From the NCBI GenBank assembly GCA_964016885.1, contig OZ024743.1, positions 101,928,001 through 101,992,000 of the forward strand: DNA of 64,000 bases, read 5' to 3'. This document shows, piece after piece, positions 1 to 11,106 of the stretch (position 1 is its first letter; every line of letters begins with the position of its first letter). The position numbers and the translations under genes are program-made. Source of the stretch: Eledone cirrhosa (lineage: Eukaryota). The notes under the pieces were generated by a model that saw only the letters and a program-made list of their open reading frames with translations, made no database searches and had not been told where the DNA came from.

Positions 1-383
1 GGGATGGTCAGGTTTGCCCAGGACTTCTCCCGTTTAATTAACCTCCACGCCTGGACCAACTGTTCGTCTTTATCGCTAATATCAATATTCAATAAGCGAT
101 TTGTTTTCGTTGCTGCCGCTGCAAAGGTAGTGCCTCTGTTTCTCTTGTTGGTATTGTCGTTCTTGCTGTTGCTGTTGTTGTTGGTGTTGTTGTTATTGTT
201 TTGTCTGTTGTTGCTGTTGCCACCGCCATCCGTGTTTACATTGAGGATGTCGGTGTTATTGTCGTTGTTGTTCTGAGTTGTTGTGGTGGTTGTTGTGGTG
301 GCGGTGGTGATGTTGTTTTGAGATGATGCTGCTACTATCACAGAAGGGAGCGGTTGTGGTGGTACCTTTTGTGTTTTGCCTTC

Positions 384-424
<41 letters not shown>

Positions 425-427
<3 letters not shown>

Positions 428-483
428 TTTCATTTATTAGCCACAAGGGCCGACATGTAGGGGACAATACAAAGACAGGGGAC

Positions 484-484
<1 letters not shown>
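425..484 (-). mobile_element. Very short LINE 3'-end insertion within an (AAT)n tract
   Basis: About 60 bp reading ...GCCCTTGTGGCTAATAAATGAAATC on the minus strand, with (AAT)n on both sides. Confidence 0.55.
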
Positions 485-515
<31 letters not shown>

Positions 516-1592
516 GAAGACGCACGAGGTGGTAGAAGGTCATGAAATCGCTCCCGTAAGTTTTGAATTTTTAACATATTTAAATCATTTGTGAAATAAC
601 AACACTTAGTACAAATGCTACGTAAAGCATCCGGCTTGAGCCCCCAAAAAATTCGGACCCCAAATATATTGTTATAAGGCTCAAATATTCAAATATTCAA
701 CTTTGTATTGTACATTGTATATTCAAAAAAGAAAATGGCTATAATTGGAAGAAGACCCCCCCCCCTCCTTTGTCTACACTATATAGAACAGCCAAACAAC
801 ACCAATCTCACCAACACCAGAAACTAGATACACCACCTACCCCATCACCTCTCTGTGTACACTAAACACAACAGCCAGATAACGGCAATTTCACCACCAC
901 CACAACCAATCTTAACATAATAAGGATAATAATAAATACTATTATTATTGTCCCAAGTCTTAACAAACTGTTTAATCCCAACATTAAGGGAATTTAGGTC
1001 AACACACATATACGCGACTAACCCCATAGATTCACCGAACGGACATCAGTCCTTCATTGCTACCACCGCTACAACAACACCATCACTGCTGCCATCATTA
1101 CTACCACTATCCCACCATCACCGCCGCCACCACTCCTTCATTGCTACCACCGCTACAACACCATCACTACAGTAATACGATCACATCACCACCACCACTG
1201 TCTCAGTATCGCTACCGCCGCTACTGTCTCCCATTGCTTCTGCTAGTTGCTGCCACCACATTATAGAATTCCTACTAAAAAAGAGGAAGGCATCAAAATA
1301 TATAGATAGACTCAAAAGAAAAAAGAAAAAACAAACATCAAAACCAAAACAGCACAGCAACAACAGCAAAAAACGAGAAAAACAAACAGAGAAAAACAAA
1401 AACAAAAAACAAAAAAAAACGTAAAGAAAATAAGAATGAAGAGAGAAACAAGCGGACGGACAGAGAAGGGAAAAACTAAGTCAGACATTCGAACACTACA
1501 TTACAATGAAACTTATGCTTATTCATTTTTGGGTTTTTTTATGCCTTTGTGTTTGTTTGTTTATTTGTGTTCGTCTACAGCGTGGTGATAAT

Positions 1593-4500
1593 TCCACACA
1601 AGTGCCAAATGGAACGGCGCAACCACCGGAAACGGATGGCTATGTAACCATACATTCGCCAATCCTCGATAAGAGTGTTTAAATATCGAACCTAAACAGT
1701 TCGAATAACGGTGAAATGGAGATTAGAACGTCATGTGACAGACTCTCACCCAACAGGTGCTCCCTGGCTCAGCAGCAGGAACCTGACTGTCAACCAAATA
1801 CTGCTGGTGTTGGAGGAAGAAGAAGAAGGAAAGGGGCCATAACCAACTGGACGAAAGAATTGAATAGAACTGTTATGCAATGTTACCTGAAAAGTAACCC
1901 CAAGGAGAGGGGCTATAGGAGACGGATGCATAACATCTGGAACGAGATTGGTCTATTTAAATTAGATGAACAAAAATTGGCCGGGCAGGCTCGGGTAATA
2001 AGAACTAATGGGTGGATAAGCGAGCTGGAACTGGAGGAACTGAGCAGAGAGAATAGCTTGGAGATGGAGGGTGTAGTATGCCAGACAAACGAGCCAGTGG
2101 GAAATGAAGGTGAAGAGGTCGAGAGAGCGGAGGAACCACCCGAAGCAGACAATGATCTGAATACTGAGATAAATAATACCTGGAACAGAGATACGGCCAC
2201 TGAGGAGATGGATGCTGACGGGCTAGGACAAGATTCGGTTGACATCCTAAATTTAGTGGTAGATGAATTGAACAATGATAGTGGGAGACCTATGAACCTA
2301 AGATTTGTAGACAGGAAAACGTTAAAAGAAACAACAGCTAAGGTAAACAAAGTCATCCCATACCTTGAGGCGAGGAGCCTTCACCAGTGCAACAATATCC
2401 TCAAAAAACAGCAAATACGGTGAGGAAACTACTTGGTATAAAAGCGAGAGGAAACAACAGACAAGAAAGAGCAGAGCCTTGGTGGAAGAAACGACTGAGT
2501 GGTCAAATCAAGGAAATGAGAAATGACATAGGAAGGAAAGCTTGAGTCACTACAGAATGGGACACTAAAAAACATAGGCACTAAAAATAGACTGGAAATA
2601 AAGTACAAAACTAGGAGGAAAAAGCTAAATATTATCATAGAGGAACTGAAGCAACGCATTGTAGCAAAGAGTGCAAAAATCAGGCGATACGAGAACAGAG
2701 TCAGTCAGTATAAACAGAACCGCATGTTCGACAACAACCAGATGATGCTGTTTGGACAGCTTGAGGGGAAAGAAATAGGCAACGACTTGATCCCTGAGGC
2801 GGAAGAAACTAAAACATTCTGGAAAGGAATATGGGAGCAGGATGCTAGACATAATGACCAGGCAGGGTGGATTGAGACAGTACAGAGGGAGATCGGTGAG
2901 CAGGCACACCAACAAACTGATTTGAGTATCACAGTTGAAACTCTTAAGGGGCAGGCAAAAAAACTAACCAACTGGAAATCACCAGGCCCAGATGGTGTGC
3001 AGGGGTATTGGATTAAAAATTTAACATCCCTCCACCCGAAACTGACGGCCATGTTCAATGACTGCTTGGTGTCGGGTGAGGTGCCAGAGTGGTTGACAAA
3101 AGGTACCACAGTTCTGATAATGAAAGACCGAATCAAGGGTAATGATGTTACCAACTATAGACCTATCACATGTCTGTCCGTAATGTGGAAACTGTTGACG
3201 AGCATTGTGTCTGAGGAAATCTACCATCACCTCCACACAAACAACTTGTTACCGGACGAACAGAAAGGATGTCGAAAGAAGTCACGTGGTACAAAGGACC
3301 AGTTACTTATTGATAAGATGGTAATGGGGAATTGCAGGAGGAGACACACTGATCTTGCCATGGGATGGATAGACTACAGAAAGGCATTTGACATGGTGCC
3401 TCACTCTTGGATCACCAAAAGCCTGGAGATCTTCAAGGTGGCAGATAACATCAGACAGTTGCTGGGCAGGAGTATGGGGTCCTGGGAGACAGAGTTGACA
3501 TCAACTGGAGAATCCTTGGGAAGCGTGAAAATAAAGAGAGGTATCTTCCAGGGAGATAGCCTGTCCCCTCTGTTGTTTGTCCTTGCCCTGATGCCCTTGA
3601 CCATTATGCTGCGAAAAGTGAGAGCAGGATACAAGTGGGAAAGGGAGAGCTTACCATCAATCACCTCCTCTTCATGGACGATCTTAAGCTCTTCGGGAAG
3701 AGTGAGAAGGAGTTGGATGTGCTTGTTGACACTGTCCGTATTTTCAGCAGTGATATATGTATGCAGTTTGGTATTAGTAAGTGTGGAGTCATTGTGATGA
3801 GGAGGGGTAAGTTGAGCAGAAGTAACGGAATCCAGATACCAACAGGTGAGATGATAAAGGAAATTGACTCTGAGGAAGGATACAAGTATTTGGGCGTTCT
3901 GGAGGCTGATGGCATAAAGAACAAAAAAATGAAGGAATTGTTAAGAACTGAATACATTCGGAGAGTAAGGAGCGTATTGAAGTCACATCTGAACAACAGA
4001 AATGCTATAAGCGCAGTAAATTCCCGAGCTGTGTCTATTATTAGGTACAGTGCGGGAATTCTGAGATGGAATGTTGCTGAACAAAAAGAAATGGATAGGA
4101 AGACTAGGAAGCTATTGACTATCTACAACATGTTCCACAAGAGGAGTGATGTCGATAGACTCTACCTAAGGAGATCTGAGGGTGGAAGAGGTCTTATCAG
4201 CATAGAGGACTGTGTTCAGATGGAGAAAAACAACCTATACAAATACGTGACTGATAGTAAGGAACCAATGCTCAGAACTGTACTGAAGGAGGGGACAGTA
4301 GGCCAGGGGATGTCCAAGGAGGAAATAACATCAAGGAGAAGGAAAATCCCTTCATAGTACCTTATTTGAGAAAACTGAATTTAGAGATCCACAGACATGG
4401 AACTGGTTGAGAAGAGGAGACCTCAAAAAGGCTACAGAAGGAATGTTAATGGCTGCGCAGGAGCAGGCCCTCAAAGCGAAGTGGTTGAAACACCATATTT

Positions 4501-5203
4501 ACAAGGAGGAGGCTAGCCCACTGTGCAGGATCTGTGGAGAGAGAGAGGAGACTGTGGCTCACATTGTATCCGAGTGTAAACACCTAGCCCAGACCCACTA
4601 TAAGGGCTGGAGACATGATGTGATGGGCAGGGTGATCCACTGGCACCTGTGCAAAGTAAACAATTTACCACATTCTGAGAAATGGTATGAGCATAGGCCA
4701 GAGGCGGTGATGGAGAACGATCAGGTGAAGGTGCTGTGGGATTTTAGGATACAGACGGACAAGAAACTGGAACACAATAGACCTGACCTGGTGGTTGTGG
4801 ACAAAGAAAAAAGAGCGTGTCTGATTGTGGATGTGGCCTGCCCATTCGACACGAGAGTGCAAGAGAAGGAGAGTGAGAAAATTAACCGATACCAGGACTT
4901 AAAGTGGGAGGTAAAAAAGATTTGGAACTGCCATGAAGTCAAAGTGATCCCGATTGTCATAGGCGCACTGGGGACTATCTCCAAAAGTTTCCAGGGATGG
5001 TTAAAGAAAATCGGCCCCTTCACGCTTTTTGGAACGCTTCAAAAGGCATGCTTGCTGGGAACAGCAAGAACCCTCCGATACGTCCTGAATATCTGAGGCT
5101 GCAGGTAGTGGCTTGATATTCATTCCAACGGACTTTCCAGTTAACCAACATCAATGACTGAGATTCAAGGAATAATAATAATAAAAATAATAATAATAAT
5201 AAT
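1593..5203 (+). mobile_element. R4/Dong-like non-LTR retrotransposon (RT + CCHC + restriction-like endonuclease), near full length, frameshifted, with (AAT)n tail
   Basis: Collinear ORF pieces give N-terminal WTKELNRTVMQCY...RGYRRRM, RT motifs (KSPGPDG, YRPITCL, WIDYRKAFDMVPH, GIFQGDSLSPLLF, HLLFMDDLKL, YKYLG), CRICG..ETVAHIVSEC knuckle and RPDLVV..LIVDVACP..KINRYQDL nuclease; short 3' UTR then (AAT)n at 5171-5203. 5' boundary approximate. Confidence 0.93.
1716..5096 (+). pseudogene. Frameshifted single ORF of the R4/Dong-like element
   Basis: ORFs 1716-2423, 2724-3797, 3635-4357 and 4407-5096 join into one RT-RLE polyprotein with frame breaks near 2405, 2535, 3640 and 4350; final TGA at 5094-5096. 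Confidence 0.9.
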
Positions 5204-5420
5204 ATTGTCATAGGCGCACTAGGTACTATCTCAAAGAATTTCCAAGGATGGTTAAAGAAAATTTTTCCCGCCCCGCTTTTTGGAACACTTCAAAAGGCAT
5301 GCTTGCTGGGAACAGCAAGAACCCTCCGATACGTCCTGAATATCTGAGGCTGCAGGTAGTGACTTGATATTCATTTCAACAAACTCTCCAGTTAAATAAC
5401 ATCAATGACTGAGACTCAAA

Positions 5421-5476
<56 letters not shown>
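5204..5476 (+). mobile_element. 5'-truncated second copy (3' end) of the R4/Dong-like element with its own (AAT)n tail
   Basis: 5204-5421 repeats 4953-5170 with scattered substitutions, then (AAT)n to about 5476. Confidence 0.92.
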
Positions 5477-5487
5477 GTAGTGATAAT

Positions 5488-5770
5488 GCTTTCTTTATTA
5501 ACCACAAGGGTTTACACAAAGTAGACATTAAGGACAGTACAGGACAATACAGGGCGGTACAAATGGGTATTTCTGCGTGTAAAAAAAACAAAAAACAGAG
5601 GATGTAATAAAAGGAACAATGAAAAATTCCTCAATAGGGGGGGAGACTTCCGAGGGCCATCGTGGAGAAAGCCCATTAAAAAAGCCACGGTGACTCTGAC
5701 CACCAGGGTAAGTGTCCTCTCCCAGTTTTCCACCTTCAATTTACAGGCATATACTCAGAGTTGGTCCATT
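5488..5770 (-). mobile_element. 3' end of a different LINE (possibly Tx1/L1-like) ending AATAAA + (ATT)n
   Basis: Minus strand reads ...CCCTTGTGGTTAATAAAGAAAGC then (ATT)n; similar termini at 425-484 (-), 28906-29018 (+) and about 55500-55808 (+). Clade assignment tentative. Confidence 0.55.
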
Positions 5771-5869
5771 CAAGTAGTGATAATAACAATACGTAATTTC
5801 TCAATGCAGAAGTTGAAACAATTACTGAACAGTTGTAACTCTAGGCAACACACATAGAATGTCATGACA

Positions 5870-6167
5870 ACGACAATAACAATGACTACGAAGAAAATGA
5901 AGACGATAATATTGACGATGGTGACAACGATGACAATGATGATGATGATGATGATGATGATGACAGTACTGATGATGGTGATGATAACGATAACTATGAT
6001 GATGTTGTGATAACTATTGAGAATGGTGATGATGATAATACTGATGATGGTGATAACGATGACAATGATGATAATGGTGATGATGCTGATATCGATGACG
6101 ATCGTGATGATGATGATGACGATGAGGATGATAACCATGACTATGATGATGGTGATAAAGATGACAC

Positions 6168-6198
<31 letters not shown>

Positions 6199-7810
6199 AA
6201 CGATGACAATGATGATGTTGATAACGATTGATAATACTGATTATGATGATACTGATGATGGTGATAACGATGACAATGATGATGATAATAGTGATAACAA
6301 TTGAGAATGATGATAATAATTGTTTCTACTTTTGGCACAAGGCCAGCAATTACCCAGTACATTACTGGTACTTTATTTTATCGACCCCGTAAGGATGACA
6401 GGCAAAATGATAATAATGATGATTATAATGATAATAATAGTGATAACGAATGAGAATAATGATGGTGATAATGATGGTGATGACGATGGTGATGACAATG
6501 ATGATAAAGATGGTGATGACGATGGTGATAATGATGGTGATGACGATAGTGATAATGATGGTGATGACGATGGTGATAATGATGGTGATGACGATAGTGA
6601 TAATGATGGTGATGACGATGGTGATAATGATGGTGATGATGATGGTGATAAAGATGGTGATGACGATGGTGATAAAGATGGTGATGACGATGGTAATAAA
6701 GATGGTGATGACGATGGTGATAATGATGGTGATGACGATGGTGATAAAGATGGTGATGACGATGGTGATAATGATGGTGATGACGATGGTGATAAAGATG
6801 GTGATGACGATGGTGATAATGATGGTGATAACGATGGTGAAGAAGATGGTGATGACGATGGTGATAATGATGGTGATGACGATGGTGATAATGATGGTGA
6901 TGACGATGGTGATAAAGATGGTGATGACGATGGTGATAATGATGGTGATAACGATGGTGATAATGATGGTGATGACGATGGTGATAAAGATGGTGATGAC
7001 GATGGTGATAATGATGGTGATAACGATGGTGATAATGATGGTGATGACGATGGTGATAAAGATGGTGATGACGATGGTGATAATGATGGTGATAACGATG
7101 GTGATAAAGATGGTGATGACGATGGTGATAATGATGGTGATGACGATGGTGATAGCGATGGTGATGACGATGGTGATAATGATGGTGATAACGATGGTGA
7201 TAAAGATGGTGATGACGATGGTGATAATGATGGTGATGACGATGGTGATAGCGATGGTGATAACGATGGTGATAAAGATGGTGATGACGATGGTGATAAT
7301 GATGGTGATAACGATGGTGATGACGATGGTGATAATGATGGTGATGACGATGGTGATAAAAATGGTGATGACGATAGTGATAATGATGGTGATGACGATG
7401 GTGATAAAGATGGTGATGACGATGGTGATAAAGATGGTGATGACGATGGTGATAAAGATGGTGATGACGATGGTGATAAAGATGGTGATGACGATGGTGA
7501 TGACGATGATTAAGACATCTGACTACGGAGGCGACAATTTGACGCTGACAACATTCACGATGTTATTAATGGTGATGATGAATTTAGTGATGGTGACGAC
7601 GAAAATGACAACAACGATGATGATAACGATGATGATGACAATGAGGATGAGTATGGCGAGGATGTTAATGGTGACGACGACATCGATGACGATAATGATA
7701 ATGGTGATCGCAATAATGCTAATGGTGACGATGATAATCGCGGCGAAGAGGGATAATGACGAGAATGTGGTGATTGTGATGATGGTGATGATGATGATGA
7801 TGATGATAGT
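5870..7810. repeat. GAT-based simple repeat with a 12/24-bp minisatellite core (GATGGTGATGAC / GATGGTGATAAW) at 6460-7510
   Basis: Direct reading of tandem units; produces spurious DGDD and MVMT ORFs. Confidence 0.95.
6320..6408 (-). mobile_element. tRNA-derived SINE, 3' fragment
   Basis: Reverse complement of ...CATCCTTACGGGGTCGATAAAATAAAGTACCAG...GTAGAAACA, as in the 17364-17909 copies. Confidence 0.9.
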
Positions 7811-8282
7811 GTTGGAGAGAATGATGACGTATGATGAGATAAAAAAACAAGACATAACCCCCCCCCCCCTAAAAAAAAACATCTCCCCCATACCCCCAAA
7901 GAACCAAAACACCCCTCCCCCAAAACCAACACATCCCTCCCTAAAAAAATAAAGCACCCCCCCCAAAAAAAAACCCAACACCAACGAGACATAGGAAAAT
8001 ACAAAGAAAATTAAAAAAAAATTAAAAGAAAAAAGATTTAATAGAAGCGCAAAGGTTTGGGGAAAAGATGCAATGAAGGTGAAAAAAGCCGACATCTACC
8101 TTGGCCTATTGAAGATGCTTTATGTAGGGGTTGCGTTTATGCAAATTAACTGCATTAATAATTCCCCAATATCTTGTGACATTTCCATATATTGAAACAC
8201 GTGATAGAGACTGGCAATGTGTGTGTGCGTATATATATATATTTTTCTTCCTCATAATCGTCTCTTTCTCCCTGTTTTCATG

Positions 8283-8322
<40 letters not shown>

Positions 8323-8366
8323 CGTATATATATATATGTGTGTGTGTATATATATATATATATAGA

Positions 8367-8441
<75 letters not shown>

Positions 8442-8541
8442 TGAGGGCGGCCGACCGGGGTAGAAGCTGCTAAATGTTCGGTCGCCCTCATGTCTCTGAT
8501 TTTCAGCCCTATGGATTGTGTCTATCATATTCATTTGTTAT

Positions 8542-8613
8542 ATTTCGAATACCTGATGATGTCACCGGATTCATACTGAACCCTGTCATTGAAATGATCA
8601 TAGTATAAGAAAT
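8542..8613 (+). ncRNA. Minimal type I hammerhead ribozyme motif
   Basis: ATAC-CTGATGA (8553-8559), imperfect stem II, GAAA (8591-8594), palindromic ATGATCAT, A, then GTAT; ATTTC/GAAAT extends stem I. Lies in a TA-flanked island (8442-8665). Confidence 0.75.
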
Positions 8614-9031
8614 CTTTTAAGGAATTGCGACAGTCCAGCCTCCTGTTATTTTATAATAATTAAATATATATAGATAGATAGATAGATAGATATGCATATA
8701 CAATATATGTACGTATATGTATGAGTACATGTGTATGTATATCTACCAATATATATTAAATATATAATAGATAAAACATGTGTGTGATTTATTCTTTTAT
8801 AAGTTTCAGTCATAAGATTGCATTTATCTCGGGGGAAGCTCTCATTTCAAATGTGTAGTTAATTATAACGACCACTATAATTATTTTATCGATCTTTATT
8901 TGACCAACCGCAAATTTACATTCCGACCGAAATACTTATATTTCATATTTAGTAGATATTTTATAAAAGTCCTTTGATGAACCGCTAAGTTACGGTAAGT
9001 ATGCATAGACACTCGAACACATCTATTTATC

Positions 9032-9490
<459 letters not shown>

Positions 9491-9492
<2 letters not shown>

Positions 9493-10120
9493 ATTGTTAT
9501 ATTTGGGGAGGGTCATATTTGCGTAATATTGCCAGAATTAATAACAGAACACACTCACTGTTTGGTTGGTTTTCGCTTCTCGCTGTCTTTTATATATATA
9601 TATCTGCGATCTAACTTACTCGGTCCTCAATGTTGCCATTGACTGACCGGCGGTCAAAAATAATACAGATACAATATAGACAAACACATATATATATAGT
9701 TTACATAAATCTTTCGTTGCACATCTGCAACATCGTCAGTGGTGTTATATTCATTGTTCCTCCTGTTGTGTTGTATGTCTACGCCATTTTTTTTTTTTTG
9801 TTTTTTTTTTTTTGTTTTTTTTTTGTTCAGTCTGTCTATATATTTATTTATTTATTTGCTTGTTTGTTTATCTTATTTTATTTTGTCTTCTTTGCGCATG
9901 CGTTTGCGTGTGTGTATAGTGTTATGTGTGATGTGTGATGTGTGACTAGTGTGTATAGTGTTGTCTGCTGGGTGACTAGTGTGTGTTTATGTGCTTGTGT
10001 ATGTATTTATTTATCTTATTTTATTTAATTTAATTTACTTATTTATTTATACTTCTCTTAGGTCAGTGTTGTTTGTTTGGGTGTTGTTGTTGTTCCACTC
10101 ATTCTTTCTGTTTAGCTTTG
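9491..10120 (-). repeat. Inverted partial pseudo-LTR of the PLE
   Basis: Reverse complement of about 10450-11063; 2-nt TG overlap at the junction (10119-10120). Confidence 0.95.
9693..9750 (-). ncRNA. Hammerhead ribozyme motif in inverted pLTR
   Basis: Reverse complement of the pLTR hammerhead (TCGTCAG at 9733-9739, TTTC at 9712-9715). Confidence 0.8.
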
Positions 10121-11106
10121 TACCAATAGGAAATGTATCATATGTAAGGTGAACCCCCGGATAAACTGTAAAACTAGAAACGTAGTCTATAGCATAAGAT
10201 GTACAGAGGGTACTTGCAGAAACACGACAACAACATACATAGGTGAGACAGCTCGTAGCATAGGTGAAAGGATAGACCAACACTGGGGGGAACTAAAAGG
10301 ACGAAAAAACGGGTCAGTACTATACGAACATGCTAGACAACATCATGACGGTAACATAGACAACATAGAAATTAGAATAATATCTAAACATAGGAATGAC
10401 CCAGCAGATAGGCAAATCAGAGAGGCCAGTGAAATAGAAATTAGAAGACCAAAGCTAAACAGAAAGAATGAGTGGAACAACAACAACACCCAAACAAACA
10501 ACACTGACCTAAGAGAAGTATAAATAAATAAGTAAATTAAATTAAATAAAATAAGATAAATAAATACATACACAAGCACATAAACACACACTAGTCACCC
10601 AGCAGACAACACTATACACACTAGTCACACATCACACATCACACATAACACTATACACACACGCAAACGCATGCGCAAAGAAGACAAAATAAAATAAGAT
10701 AAACAAACAAGCAAATAAATAAATAAATATATAGACAGACTGAACAAAAAAAAAACAAAAAAAAAAATGGCGTAGACATACAACACAACAGGAGGAACAA
10801 TGAATATAACACCACTGACGATGTTGCAGATGTGCAACGAAAGATTTATGTAAACTATATATATATGTGTTTGTCTATATTGTATCTGTATTATTTTTGA
10901 CCGCCGGTCAGTCAATGGCAACATTGAGGACCGAGTAAGTTAGATCGCAGATATATATATATAAAAGACAGCGAGAAGCGAAAACCAACCAAACAGTGAG
11001 TGTGTTCTGTTATTAATTCTGGCAATATTACGCAAATATGACCCTCCCCAAATATAACAATATCTGTTTCGACACACGATTTCATATAAAAAACCTCGCA
11101 AAACTA
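10119..11106 (+). repeat. 5' pseudo-LTR of the PLE (endonuclease 3' end, UTR, first 69 nt of ORF)
   Basis: Appears identical to 14263-15250. Confidence 0.95.
10804..10861 (+). ncRNA. Hammerhead ribozyme motif in 5' pLTR
   Basis: CTGACGA (10815-10821), T, stem II GTTGCA-GATG-TGCAAC, GAAA (10839-10842), self-complementary AGATTT; short stem I. Confidence 0.8.

Noticed and set aside
1582-1592. GTGGTGATAAT / GTAGTGATAAT (5477-5487) as TSD of the R4-like insertion
   Set aside because: Low-complexity, one mismatch, and the right-hand copy can equally be the tail of the adjacent minus-strand LINE.
6320-7952. 397-aa Asp/Gly-rich and 500-aa Met/Val-rich ORFs resembling acidic biomineral proteins
   Set aside because: Both are translations of a 12-bp minisatellite; the apparent leader is an antisense SINE fragment beginning at TTG.
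8100-8210. Hammerhead-like TTGAAGA...GAAACACGTGA
   Set aside because: Core and cleavage site both deviate and no credible stem II.
10149-10523. Stand-alone GIY-YIG gene
   Set aside because: It is the duplicated 3' end of the PLE ORF within the 5' pLTR.
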